Source: Epiperipatus broadwayi (lineage: Eukaryota > Animalia > Onychophora). From it: a DNA stretch of 64,000 nucleotides. Positions 37,288 through 51,268 of the stretch are shown here, piece after piece. A model generated the notes under the pieces. It was given only the letters and a program-made list of their open reading frames with translations. It ran no database searches and was not told where the DNA came from. The stretch is from positions 12,462,001-12,526,000 of the forward strand of contig JAQFVV010000002.1 in NCBI GenBank assembly GCA_028023455.1. Reading direction: 5' to 3'. Positions within the stretch are counted from its first letter, which is position 1; every line of letters starts with the position of its first letter. The position numbers and the translations under genes were made by a program.

Positions 37288-40200
37288 TATTTCTCATATA
37301 TATCTTTATTATATGCAAAGTATTTATCTAGAGTAAATTGTTACTTTTTCATTTACCATTGTCAAACTTCCTCCACTCACAACTTTAACACCATCCATTT
37401 CTGATAAATACACTAATGATTATTACTAATCATTTTCGAAACTAGAGATTATCGCTAGCACAGATATAAACTTTTAAAAAAATATATATATTTAATTACA
37501 TAATTCATGTCCTTTTTTCTTTTGATGTTTTTTCTTGATGTTTGTACTTGGAATGTCATGTAATATCTAATCTATTGTATAAGGCAGTTTAATTACTTTG
37601 AGCCACCACCCAGTTGTAGAATATCAATGTATCATTGTAGCCTCTATGGCCCACTGCTGCATGTGACAGAATGTGATCCCTGCACAGGTGGATCATACTT
37701 TAGTGACTTAATAAAGTTGCTTTGAAACATAAAATTGTATTTCATCCTTAATACTAATTGTTGTTGCTCATTGACTGAATGTACTCAAGGTAGGCTGTAA
37801 ATATGCAAAGTTTAGAATTATCATTTATGCAATGATGTCTGAACAAAAATAACATAATTATTATTATTTACATATTATAAACTTAAATATTTTTTCAAGT
37901 CACTAACATTTGCACTATCAAATGTGTTTACTTTGATGTATTAAGGAAATAAATAAATTTGTAGTTAATAAAATGCCAAAACTTATTTAAAGAGGAATAT
38001 CTTGACAGAGTCTACATTATATCCTCATGACAAGGGAAAGTTGTCTGGGGTTTTTTTAAATTTTATTTGTCACACTACTCTAATTAAATTCTTATTACTT
38101 ATTAGACCCAGAGAACTTATAAAATTTTTTGATATTATAAATCCCATGATTATTTATTTAGTCACAGGTTTAGTTTGAAAATATAGGAGTATCTATTTTA
38201 TGGGAATATTGCTTCATTTAGTACTGTTGCAATAATGTGGTCAAATCCATGGTCACTATATATGGCTAAATCTTTTATAGCTATGCCATAATATAGTCAA
38301 TAGTGAAGAAATATATATATTATTTAAAATTCAATTGAGCGATGATTTTTAATTTTAATTAAGTAATGATCAAGTGTAAACCTGACAATTTTCATTATAT
38401 ATATATATATATAAACTTTAAATTAAATGTAGCTCAGTATGTAAACAAATGGAGTAAATTACCACCACCACCCCAGTCTATGATTGGCTGATAAATTAAT
38501 TTTACTCTAAATTATCAACAATGTTGACAAAAGTATGCTTACAAACATCACAGAGCTACCAAGAATAGGTGGATTCATTTTCTTGATCTTTTGTTCAACA
38601 TTTAGAGTGCTTTTAAGACATAGCTTGGAGGAATGTGATTTACTCACTTTGTTTACATATATATATTTTATTATCTAAATTAATAATCACAACCATAAAT
38701 TAAAGAATCTTTTCCAGCATCAAGACAATGTACTATGTATTGTTAATTTGTACAATAGGAACTTCTTCCTGTGTGTATAAAATATGCTAACTAGAAAGAT
38801 TTTCTCTTCCTCAATGTAGAGTGAATTCACCTACTACCAATTATACACCATTGTAAGTATCACTGATGTATTTTTCCAAATAAATAGAAACTGATTGTGA
38901 TACTGCAAAGCTGATTGTTAATATGGATATTATTTTAAAATCTTCCATAAAGAAATTTGATGTCAACAAGGAATTCCTAAACAGAACTCTATAACTCAAA
39001 TCAAGAAAAAAATGTTGTGTATATATTTTGCTTCATTTGGCTTTGAAACTGTGCTGACTTCTACTCAAAGATTGTCTAAAGTAAAATCTCCGATAGCCAT
39101 TTTAATTTATAGATATTATGAATTTAAGTTAACTTTAAATGAACTTCCTTTTACCTCCAGGATTACCATTTTATTAGTTTATTCCATTTATTTATGTTGG
39201 CATAATACATTTATTTATTACTAACGAATAATTTAGATAATTAGAGTTTTAAGATAAATACATATATATATATTAGTACACTGCTATATCTATATCACAT
39301 ATGCATTATGAAAAAATATTAATATATTTACATACATTTACAAAGTAGATACCAAAAATTTTATGCGTCATGTTATATATTTTTATGCATACCTCCCATG
39401 AACAGATAATTTCCACAACTTATCTCTAGATTTGTTTGAAATATAGTTAATTATTCACATGATGACTTCTTTCTATAGTCCAAGTACTTATAAGAAAGAT
39501 ATGCTGTAATACTACTAAAGTATTATGATAATGATCTCTTGATACAGACCTAAATTCATATTGTTATAAATACTAATACAGAAAAAGCTTACATGTGATG
39601 AGAATAGAAACATCTATGGAAATCTGTATTGTTATTGTCTGCTTGCTAAATTAAAATATATATACACACCCATTCCAAGCTTCATTCATTACTGTCAATC
39701 TATTTAGTATTATCATAATTAAAATTATTAAGTCTTTAAAAAATCTGGTCTATGATCATCTTCAGATTGTCAACTTAATACTATTGAGATATTTGATCAA
39801 TACATTACATTATGGTGTCTCATTCAAACTAGTTTTATAATATTATTCCAGATATATGTTAAAAATATAACCTGATAAATTTCTAATAGAATTTATTTGG
39901 TTTATTCAGTCCCTGTATAATATAAATCTATTTTATTTACTTAACAGATTTTTGTCTGACTATAATGGCATTGTTTGCAATTGTCAACTGTGCCTTGAAT
40001 AAATCTTTTGATCCCTGCAATCTAGAGACATAATATGAATTACTAGTGGTTATTTAAAACTTTGTAGGAATCTATAGTCCAATGTCCTCACCAGTAAACA
40101 ATAGCATATTGATTTCTTGAAAAGACAGTCTAGATGGTGAATCTAGTAGTAGCCTCTTGTGATGGATGTTGACCATACCTTTAGAAGCTTTTGTCCATTA

Positions 40201-40902
40201 CAATTTATATATAAATTACATAATCTATAAATCCAATTAAAATGGTTAAACTCAAATTAAATATATTCAAATATAACCCTTAAATATAACCAAACTTTAA
40301 TGATGATCAAATTAAAATTATTATTGAACGTGAAGTATAATGATCCCAAAAGCATTTTTAATTGTATTTAGATTCGATTTAAAATTAACCTTTAGATGAT
40401 TTTCTCTTAAATAGAAAGATTACTTATGGATATTTTACTGTCACTAATCATTATGATTTTATTGTAATTTCATTATCTCTGCATGCTCCCCGGTAGTTTT
40501 CATGGCTTCTCAAAGTTAGTGAATATTAATTGTATATGTTTGGAATGAATTCAAAAAACAAAAACAAACTAAATTAGTTAATAAAAAAATAACTTAATTT
40601 ATAAAAATAAATATATAAAATTGATTTTATACATTCATGACTACCACAAAATAATGAAAGTAAATAAATCAATAAAAATTACAAAGTATTAAATTGAATA
40701 AACATTATATTTAAGGTCTTATGCTTAAACATAATGAAAGATCTTATTAGATAATAAAATGTTTTAAACCATGATTTTTGAAAAAAAATGCAAGCTTACT
40801 ATATATGAGCATATCTCTAATGAATAGTTTTTCTTGACTGATTATCCTTTTCATGTATCAGTGATGGTACACAATATAGATGAATCTGCTAGAAAAGATA
40901 AA

Positions 40903-41020
40903 GTCAATCATTGGTAGCCAAGAGGTCAGCTGGCAGCAACCTTGCAAGCAAGCAGTTGCTTGTAGACGGTTATCATGGGTTCGCTTTCTGGCCGATGCTT
41001 TAACATTTGGAAAAAAAAAA
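40903..41020 (+). mobile_element. tRNA-Gly-derived SINE copy (diverged)
   Basis: GTCAATCATTGGTAGCCAAGAGGTCAGC...GGGTTCGCTTTCTGGCCGATGCTTTAACAT plus an A10 tail. The flanks resemble an uninterrupted repeat at about 45540-45595. Confidence 0.8.
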
Positions 41021-44000
41021 TATATGGTAGGTCATATGGAAGAAACCTTTTTTATGGCATAGTTTCCTTCTTTAAAGTAGGCAATGTTGCATTCTATGCA
41101 ACTTCAAACTTCATATCTGGATACAACCGTATATCTTTTGACTGACATTTTTCTCATGAGCCATGATAAATAAAACTTAGCTAAGTAATGTCATCATGAT
41201 GAGATGGATGGAGTATTGGAAAATACTTGTTTAAACAGTCATCAAGATAAAGCTATCTGAAGCTGTTCCGAGGAAATGTATTTTAACCAATAGATTTCCT
41301 TTTTAACAGCTACTTCTCTATTGAAATTTACTCTCTCTTCATAAAAACAAACCTTTTTTTAAAGTTAAAATTGAATTACTGTCATTTGTTCAGACCTATT
41401 TATATTTTATTGTTATCACAACATCAGGATGTCTTTACAAACCATTGTTATAAATAAAATAGCATATACACTTTAAATGAACACTTTTCAATGCAATTTA
41501 ATATAATAGAATTTATTTCTTCTGGCTTACAGTGTTCACTTAAGGTGTATTTGGTAATTTTATTTATATATAAAAATTAATGAAGAATAGGATAAGAAGT
41601 GGAAAGAAATTATAAAGCCATCATTATCCAGCTTTAATTAGCAGACAATATGATTTTACAAAACATGTTTTTTTTTTACTTTCATATGAGAAAAAGAAAA
41701 TTATGAGTGAATCCTGAAATTCATTCATTCTCTCACTTTCTCAATTTTACTGCATTATAATTTTTAATAAAATATTTTATTTTCCATTTAATAATTTATC
41801 ACAAGTGAAAAAACAAATTATTTCTTTAAACCTATTCCAGAATGCAAATCTGAAAGGGTTACAAAATAAATTTTCTTAAACTACATAATTTGAATTCGTT
41901 TGCTTGCACTAAAACTTAAATAAATTATCCATTTTTTTTTCTTTGTATTCCATTTACATGAATTGTCACTTTACTAATTATAATTTTACAAAATACATTT
42001 CTTTTATTAAATATTTAATAGCAATATTAACTCTATAAATCTATTTTTTTAATTTCTTACAATATAATTTAGCTATACATATATATTAACATTACAAAGA
42101 AATTAAGTCATATGTCACATGACCTAATTTAACAAGCTCTATATATAACATATATATTAAATATGTGAATAGTCTCACCGTAACATATAAATTTTCTAAT
42201 CAATCTATTAGGGTCTTTAATTAAGCTGTCTTTATAATTTCTTGATCACCGTAGCTTTGTAATACAAGTAATTCAAGCTGCAATGAACTTGGTACTGTTA
42301 CTATTCTCCTCCCTTTAAAAAATAAGAAAAGATAACAGGCTATCTTTCTATATCTCATTTCTATGCCTTTTGCAAAATTTAACTTTAGTTTATTTCTCTA
42401 ACTATTATTACATTTCTGTTTTAGTTATTTTTCATAAGTGTTTTACAGACATAACAATACATAAAAAGAATATATATGTACATGATTTTGCTATTCAGAG
42501 ATTGAATTGGTCTTCAGCTATTAAAAAAGTGAGTAGAATCCCACAGTTCTAGGATTCATAAAAAATACAACCATAGAACATTAAGATGTACAATCATACA
42601 TAAACACTAGAAAGATTGTTTTAGTGTTAATACTCTTTAGCTACCCACAATTCACAAATAATTAAATAAAATACCAATATAAGAAACTTTACTTTTTTTT
42701 TGAGTCTTAGAAGCTGATAAATATGACATTTAAAAATTAAGACTTGTTCTCTTTTATGTATTAAAAGCAGATAAATCCATTATGGGACCCACATTTTGCT
42801 TCTTCTGAGTCTCACAGGTGGGTAAATAGTCAACTTCAAAAAAAATGCTGTGGTAGCACCTGAGATAGATACACTCCAAAAAATTACATGAAGGTATAGT
42901 GTCTGATATATATGATCAAATCCACATTCATAGGTAAATATTAAAGACATCTACTTTGATAGAATTTTTTCCCCACTCTATGCAGAAATTAAAACAATTT
43001 TTTCTTTTACTTATTAATCAATATATTGTTTATACACTGATCACGTTTCAAATTGATTCACTTTTTTTTTCCAATATTATCATTTTTATAAGTAACTTTT
43101 CATTTTTAGGAAGCTGGTAATTTTGTTTTTGTAATTAATTTGTCTAAATTTGTTTTATATATATATATAGTCACTTTTAAGGATTGTCATTTATTTTACA
43201 ATTTTATCATTTATTTTCTTTTTACATCATTTATCCTTTTAGCTGTTCTAGGTCATCAGGAAGTATGCCATCCTTAATTCCTCTAAAATCAAACTTTACC
43301 CCTTTTTAGATATTTCTTTAGTGCTGGAGATATCATTTGAAGTGATCCAAAGAATCTATATTTTCTTTATTCCCAACTAGATCTTCTGATTGCTGTGTTT
43401 TTACTCTTCCACTTTTTTTTCAATCTCAGTGCACTGTCAATATCACTCACTTGATTTAGACTTCAATCACTATTAGATCATTTTATTATGTTTGATTCTT
43501 TTATATTACTTGTACTTTTTAGACTTTGCAATGTAGAACCCTTCTATCTTTAATTTTCTGCACATATTATTTTTCATCATCCTTCTTTTTATTATTCAGG
43601 CAGCATAATTCATTTTTTAGTTTAATGGGCAAAATTTCATATAATTCCCTTAATTAGTGAACTCTAGCATTCATCTTCAAGATTCTTAGTTTCATTATCA
43701 TTACAATTACCTTTCATCTCATGTTGTAATGTTTCATTACACAATATGTTCCCTAATCCTTAGCTTTGTTAAGCCCTTGATTTTTATTTTTCCTATTTAT
43801 TTTATGCATACTTTCATCTCTGGAGACTAGAACATTCTTGGATTTAGATTTGTCTATCACCTCATATTGTAAAATCTCTTCTAAATCAATGTATGTTTTC
43901 ACAGATGCCTAAATTTGGATTTTCTTTTCTATAGCAATATTACAAAAAAAATATCTATTTTAGATTCCTTACCTAAACTCAAGCCCTCATTTACTTCCTT

Positions 44001-46077
44001 TTGCACTTCCAATTCATTCTACTATAGTTTGTACACTTTCTTGCAATTTATTTTCACTAAACTCAATAGATTTTTGGATAATTTTCTCTAAATCTGAATG
44101 TAATTTTCTTTCTACCAATCCATTTTCCATGTACTCATTATTGCATCTCTTCAAATACTTTTTATTTCTTGAAGCACTTCTTTAAGTTCTTTTTGTTAAA
44201 ATTCCTCATTTTTTCAGTTGCATTTTTTCATTTTTTAATTGCATTTCTTTAAATTGTTTTTGTATCATTTCTTTCACTATTAAATGTGCTTCATATTTTT
44301 TCTGAAGAGTTTTGCACTGTCTGAGCAGATTCTTGTGCTTTCAGCCCTGTCTCCATTGATAGTCCTTGTGTTAGAGTTTCCAGTTGCTCAGGTTTATTTG
44401 TGCTTTCATCCTTCTTCCTATGGAAAGTGTTATCATCTATAACTAAATGCTTTATTATACTCTTATCAATTGTCCTTATTATTATTTTGCTGATCCTGTA
44501 TTTTCCAGGTTTTTTTCAATATTAAATACTTTTTATTTACATTTTATCATTAAATAAGCACATCAGAATCAACCCTTTCTATGCATATCTCTCCAACCTA
44601 ATGTGATAATACCTGCATTGATTATTACTTATCTAAATATACTGCCACATCAATTTTTCTCTGCCTATCTGGACTCAAACTACTTCTATATTAAACTGAT
44701 AGTAGATATATATTTTACAAATGCTGATATTATTTCTCATTACAAACTCTTTAAAGTCAATTTAGGCACACATATTGCATGCACTTAGATTCTCTGTGTG
44801 TATATGTATATATGTAAACCATAATAAAGTTTATTAAATTATTGTAATTATGTGCAGGCAGTACATGAATAAAATTCCCTCTCCATTATTATTGTACTCT
44901 AGAAAATGTACATAAGCCACAGAATGCCTTTAAATATATTAAAAGATAATATATGCTAATAAGGTTAGATTATGTGAGAACGAATTAATATAAAACCCTG
45001 AAATGATTTATTGCATATGTCAGGAAATTTAATATGTAGGCATTGGCATAGTAATAGGGTATTATATTATCTGTATGTATAGAAGAAACTTTAGTTAATG
45101 GTATTATTTTAAACAAGAACTGTCCTAGATTGCTGATTATGTGAAGTAGTCAATTCACAGAAATTGTTGATTATTATGGACTTTAGAGATTACACACAAA
45201 CCATTATTTATTATGAACTTTAAAGATTACAAAGTAATTTCTAATTGTAATTGATTCTTTTGTTATGTATATATATATTAATATTTCCTATGATTAAAGT
45301 TATTTGCTTAAGATTCATTTGTGTTTACTTTATTAAATAAAATATTAATTAACGATGTTATCTTAAAGGTATTACAAAAAAACCCTGAAATGCAACACCA
45401 CTTATAGTACTATGTTCCACTACATTCTCAATATATTCATGCTCTAATATTTGATATAGTTTATGAATGTACATAAGTAAAGTTGAGCAGAAGTGAGAGG
45501 CTATTTAAGTCACACATTGATTATCCTCCTTAGGTATTCATGATGGTGTACAATGTAGATGATCCCCACTAAAGATAAATATATGGTAGGTCTAAGACAA
45601 GAGTCTCAGTGTATTTTTTTTTAAAAAATGAATATTTATATAGTTGAAGTATGGGTAATAACTGAAAACAAAAGAAACAAAAATAAAAATTACTTGGAAA
45701 TCTATGAGTGCAATAGAAAAATTAAATGACTTTCATTTTTTCTTTTACTTTTTTTATAAAAAAAATCATATACTGATTACAGAATTTTGTTTTTTTCTGT
45801 CCGTTTTTTTTATTTATCTTTTTTTATCCTTTTTATAATTTTGTTTGCAAATTTGTAGTTCATTTTCACTATTCATTTTTTCATATGCTTTTCTCTATTA
45901 TTATCATGATCTCTGTTTACTTAGTAATATGTCTAATTTTGGAATAATTTCATGCTGTAGTGGTTATCACATTTATTTGTCTTATAAAACATGGAAAGAA
46001 GCTCATCAACCAGAAATTGACCAAACTGATAAGTACCAAATTCCCCATTTCCTTTATTTAGCTATAATATCTTATAC

Positions 46078-46451
46078 AAAATGCAATTTATTCACTGTAC
46101 TTTAAAAACTTTTTAGCAAAAAACTTTTATTGTATATATATATATATGCATACACAATCTTACATTTCAACTGTCACTGCAGTCTTCTTCAGAGCTATGA
46201 TATAATGAACAAAATAAAATATATAACTATATTTATTGCAGTTTTATTATGTGTTGTTATATATATATATTATTGTTTACATTTTTATGGTATTACGTAT
46301 ATAATTATGTATTTTATTTTATTTTATTCATTATATCATAGCTCTGAAGAAGACTGCAGGACAGTTGTAATGAAAGATTGTGTATGCATATATGTACAAT
46401 AAAAGGTTTTTTGCTAAAAAGTGTTTAAAGTACAGTGAGTAAATTGCATTT
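46078..46451. mobile_element. Short fold-back made of two outward-facing HHR-bearing PLE tails
   Basis: Arms of about 150 bp are reverse complements. Each holds an HHR-like core: minus 46192-46161 CTGAAGA A GACTG CAGTGA CAGTT GAAA TG TA, and plus 46344-46374 with the GAAA box mutated. Confidence 0.8.
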
Positions 46452-47114
46452 ATAAACTAATAAGTAATGTTCTTTATCATTGGTTTTCTGATATGCTAGA
46501 AATGTTTTGTCCTGAAGTAAACTATTGAAACATGTTTTATCTTTACATCTATTTACCTTTACTCCTTTTTATATCTTTATTTATTTTATTTATACTTACC
46601 TTTTCAAAATGATAAATTCTGAGAGTTGATTAAAAATAATTTTTAACAGCTTAATAAAAAGGATTTTATAGTGTAGCTTAGTTATTCATCTGCCATGTTT
46701 ATCTTTTAGATCATGTGACCCTTATACTTTTTTAAATCTACAAGCATTTTGATGACTTTTTTTTCCAAATAGTTGACCCATAGCATCTCAGATAGCTTTT
46801 AAGAAATGCTCAATAAACTAATCTCTAGCTTTTATTAGTTAGATGTTAAAAGTTCTAAGCTAATCTAGATTAATCACAATTTCAGTTTATTGATTGTAAA
46901 AGCAAACAATGCAGTCGTAATTTATTTCAGATTTAGAATTTGACCAGGATAGGGGAAGATGGTCTACTTCTTTGGGCATTGAACCCATTGTTTATATTTG
47001 CAAATGGAAGGCAATTGTATACACTAGGATCTGAAAAATGAGAGAGAAGAAAATAGGAAAAGGTATAATCATTTAGAATTAACTACTTCAATATATTTTT
47101 AATTAATATTTTAA

Positions 47115-47272
47115 GTTACTAAGGCTGTAAATAATGTGTGCGTAAAAATGCGATAGTAGGGACCTCTATAGGTCTTAACCACAAGCTTACGTTTTGGAAG
47201 AGAAGAGGTTACAGCCTTAGTAAATATTACTTATGTAATCAATATGCGTTTAAATAAATTTATAATTATAAA
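47115..47272. repeat. Relative of the 9866-10065 fold-back family
   Basis: GGACCTCTATAGGTCTTAACCACAAGCTTAC matches 9961-10015. The 15-bp inverted repeat TTACTAAGGCTGTAA / TTACAGCCTTAGTAA is present. Confidence 0.75.
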
Positions 47273-48479
47273 TTTTATTAAACGCCCATTATTATATTTA
47301 GTAAATAATAAAAATTAAAAAAATTATAAGCTGGTAATTATTTCATTCAATTATGTTTTTTTTTTTTTTAAAATAACCAATTCATCAGTCCTGTTTGATT
47401 TGGCACAGTGATAGAGGAATAGACTCTGAATCTTAAGGTACATGAATCACACCCAGATCTGTTATTTCTTACACTCAAATTTCTTATAAACTTCTAGGTA
47501 ATAAGTCACTTTATTATTATTGTTCACAAATGTCACTAAATCTACAACTTCCTTTATTATACTGTAATATTTTATATAAATATAATTTTTCCACCTTATG
47601 TTAAACACTTTTTAGCAAAAAAAAAATGTATTGTATATATATACACACACACAATCTGACATTTCAACTTGTGCAGTCTTTCTTAGAGCTACGATATAAT
47701 GACAAGTAAAACAAAATAAACAATTAAAAAGGAAATAAAAAACGTAAACAATAAAATTAAAAAAATAAAGAAAAATAGCATAAAATATAACAAAACATAA
47801 TAAAACTAATATAAATTAAAATAATCCACATAAAATAAAATATACAACATTAAATTGAAATATTAAATATAGATCATATAGATGTATTCCTGTCTGTATA
47901 TATATTTGTGAACAACTATTAATTTAAATATATTATTCCTTTTACTATATTTTTTAATAATCCCCTAATTATTGCTATTCCTTATAAATTTAAACTGTAA
48001 TTTTATTTCCCCCAAATTAATAAAATACTTATTTCTCTGTTCAACATTAATTCATTTACTAAAAATATTTTTTAAAACTTTTAAATCATATATCGTATGT
48101 ATTATTTAATTATTCACTTATTAATAATATTTTATATTTAACTTTTTATTTTACAATTGAAAATCATAAATATTAAAATCGTAATTTTTTTAAAATATAT
48201 ACAGTATATCTTATATCCTAGCTCCCTCTATTTCATATTATTTAAACTAATTATATCGATAATTTCTACAACTCTTTATTTATATACTTTAACTTATTAT
48301 TCTATATCATTTATAACCTTCTTATTACTATTAACATATAATTCTTTCTTATAAATTTATATTTTATATTGTTATGCTAAGTTTTTTATCTCATAAATAC
48401 ATTTATATTTGTATTTTATGTAAAAAAAATTACAAACCCATATTTATTTATAAGTAATTTTCTCTTCAATTGGACAATT

Positions 48480-48662
48480 GAAATTTTAAACTGGATTCCA
48501 AGAGATTGTAAAAGACTCAGAAAGAGATCATGTTAGATGGATGGATGAAATAAGAAAGTTTGCAGGGGTGGGTGTGGAGAAGAGAAGCTAAAGATCGGAG
48601 AATATGAGCTGAACTTTGAGAGACCTTCATCCTGGAGTGGATTGATAATGGTTGATGATGAA
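48480..48662 (+). mobile_element. RTE-clade LINE 3' end fragment
   Basis: AAACTGGATTCCAAGAGATTGTAAAAGAC matches the reverse complement of 1231-1430. It ends in TGATAATGGTTGATGATGA. Confidence 0.8.
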
Positions 48663-48711
48663 TTTTCTATGCATATATTTTCCTTTATGTATTCTTTTTA
48701 AATATATATAT

Positions 48712-49068
48712 TGTAACCAAAAGAATGGAGGAGAGGGGGGGGATGGAAGGAAAAAAGGAAAGGAAAAAGAAGAGGGAACAAAAATGAGAGAGAGAGAGAG
48801 AGAAGAGAGAGGGGGGGTAAAGAAAAAGAAAAGAAGGAAAAAGAAAAAATTAGAAATGGAATTAGAGAGAAAGATAATAATGAAGAGAGAAAGACAAAAA
48901 GATGAAAAGAAATGAAAGAAATAGAAATGATATGTGGAGGAGAGAAATGGAAGGAGAAGAAGAAATTAAATGATTTTAAATGGATGAGATGATAGAAGAG
49001 ATGTGAAAGAGAGATGAGAAATGATCTAAACGAAATGAAATGAGAGACTCTTAATGACTCAGCTTAGT
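48712..49068 (+). repeat. Purine-rich dispersed repeat, copy 1 (copy 2 at 50934-51268)
   Basis: Both copies start TTGTAACCAAAA and end GAAATGAGAGACTCTTAATGACTC(A/G)GCT(T/C)AGTG. They share internal GAAATGATATGTGG and AAATGGATGAGATGATAGAAGAGATGTGAAAGAG. Confidence 0.85.
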
Positions 49069-50399
49069 GGGATTACAATAAAATTTAAGGAAAAGATGAT
49101 GATTCAGAGATGTACAATCAGATAGAGACCAAATCCAATACTAAGGCAATTATAACTATTATGGCATATTAATAATCTACTACTAAATCATATAAAAGAT
49201 TATTTAAAATCATTAATTAATAGTTATTAGAATAGGCCTACCAACAGATCACACACACTCTGAATAATAATAAATGATACCTTACTAAATTATATTTAAT
49301 AAAGCAACAAGAGTAAACAACCTCAGGGATTTCTAAAAACTAAACTCTTGTGCAAAATAAAAATTTAAGTTGCCTGCTAAAATAATTGCTGAGGTGAATA
49401 AACAAATGAGTGATATCTTGGCTGACCATAAATAATTACCTTATGGTTCAATCCCAGAATAATGAACAAAATAAATATTAATTTAAAGATTTAATGGATT
49501 AATTTAAATTTAAATTAATAATGGCCTATTATCCAAGACATCACTCGAGCAAAGAAAAGGGCAAGGGTACTTTTTATGCCTTTCCCATACTCACAGACAA
49601 CATACTCAAGACCTCAAATACAGATGGATTAAAATTCTTTGGACATATAAAGTTTAAGATAATGATAGACAATGTGCAGTTAATATAAGATAATGTGCAG
49701 CTTTTAAAATAATAGTAACTAAAAATATTCTTCTGACGTACTAATATTTTTAATCTCATATTGCATAATCTTTAGTCTGAGAAGATATACTGATAATTTA
49801 AAAATAAACTTTTAACTAAGCATTTAATTAAGTATCCACTATAATACAATTATCTGTTATTGTGATTCAATCTGAGAATCACTTACTTTAGCATCGCTTT
49901 ATAATTTTAAAACCAATATCAAATATATTTAATAAACTTTATGATATATTTGGAACTTTTGGAATTGATGATTTAATAAACTTTGGAAACTTAAGATTTT
50001 GTGAACTTGGAACCCAAGACAATAATATTTTCATATAAAAGTAAAACAAACAAAAACAAAACTTTTTGAAATAATAATAATTTAGTTTATTGAGAACAGT
50101 AAGAACGTGTTTACAATTTAAATGGAATACAAGCATTGCCAATATAGCGTTGGGACCTATTACAAGTATTTTGACTTTTGAAAACTTTATTTGGTTTATA
50201 ATAATACACAACTTCTTTAGCTACTGTTATTGAATATCTCTCTTAAAACTCTTTTACATTGTTTATTCTGATAAATAAACTAATAAAATAATAATTACAC
50301 ATAATAGCAGGCAAAGGCTATTCAATACTAGATTTTAATCTCTTTAAAACAATTAGAGATTTCAAAATCTTTAAACTTTAATTGCAATATCTGAATTTA

Positions 50400-50930
50400 A
50401 TAAACTCAATTCTACTTTTAATTAGCATAATTCATAACACTATTGTGTTATCTAGCAATTAGAATACCACACAACTAGGTTTGTATTTGAAACCATAAGC
50501 TTAACTTTATAATCCTGAGCTTAACAAACACTAAGATGGAATAAGCATATTCAGCATATTTTTGGAAAAATATCATCGCTAGTTACACTGACATAACTAA
50601 TATTATAGCGAGTAGTATATTTAAATCAGACTAAGCTAATTTTAAAATTAAACTCAATTAGATGTATGGGGCATTCACTCATCAGAGATCAGTTATTCTC
50701 TTTTAAATAAATTTAATCCACATAAAACTATTACCCTCAATGTTTTAAAATTAAAAAAATGTAACAGTCTTACAAATCCAGCAGCAAAACTCTGGATGAA
50801 AATATTAAAATTAGTATGTGTGAATTGCCACTTATACCATATGCATATGTTTAACATATTTAAAAATAAATAGAACTTATTGTTGGTTAGCTTGTGGATG
50901 ATAAAACTATCATATCAACACAATTCAAAT
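50400..50930 (+). pseudogene. Highly decayed Penelope-like reverse transcriptase core
   Basis: Motifs appear in the expected order: ISSL/YTDI (50570-50595, with 2 extra nt; cf. DVxSLYTNI), NSLTNPAAKLWM (50763-50798; cf. GSPLSPxxANLxM), and W..VDD (50884-50902). Frameshifted. Confidence 0.5.
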
Positions 50931-50933
50931 ATT

Positions 50934-51268
50934 ATTGTAACCAAAAAGAAGAGGAGAGGGGTGTGTGGAAGGAAAAGAAAGAGGAAAGGAAAAGAAGAGA
51001 GAACGAAAATGAGAGAAGAAAAAGAGAGAGGGTAAAGGAAAAGAAAAGATTAGATATGGAATTAGAAAGATGATAATGAAAGAAAGAGAGAAGAAAAGAT
51101 TAAAAGAAATGAAAGGAATAGAAATGATATGTGGTGGAGAGAGATGGAAGGAGTAGAAAAAAATGAAATGATTTAAAATGGATGAGATGATAGAAGAGAT
51201 GTGAAAGAGCGATGAGAAATAATATGAACAGAACTGAAATGAGAGACTCTTAATGACTCGGCTCAGTG
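50934..51268 (+). repeat. Purine-rich dispersed repeat, copy 2
   Basis: See copy 1. It lies just after the VDD motif of the putative PLE RT. Confidence 0.85.

Noticed and set aside
43200-44420. Minus-strand ORF-like (LINE-like) composition
   Set aside because: No diagnostic motif could be read, so it was left unannotated.
48652-48915. Lys/Glu/Arg-rich ORF (and the antisense Phe/Leu/Ser-rich ORF 50925-51419)
   Set aside because: These are translation by-products of the purine-rich repeat.
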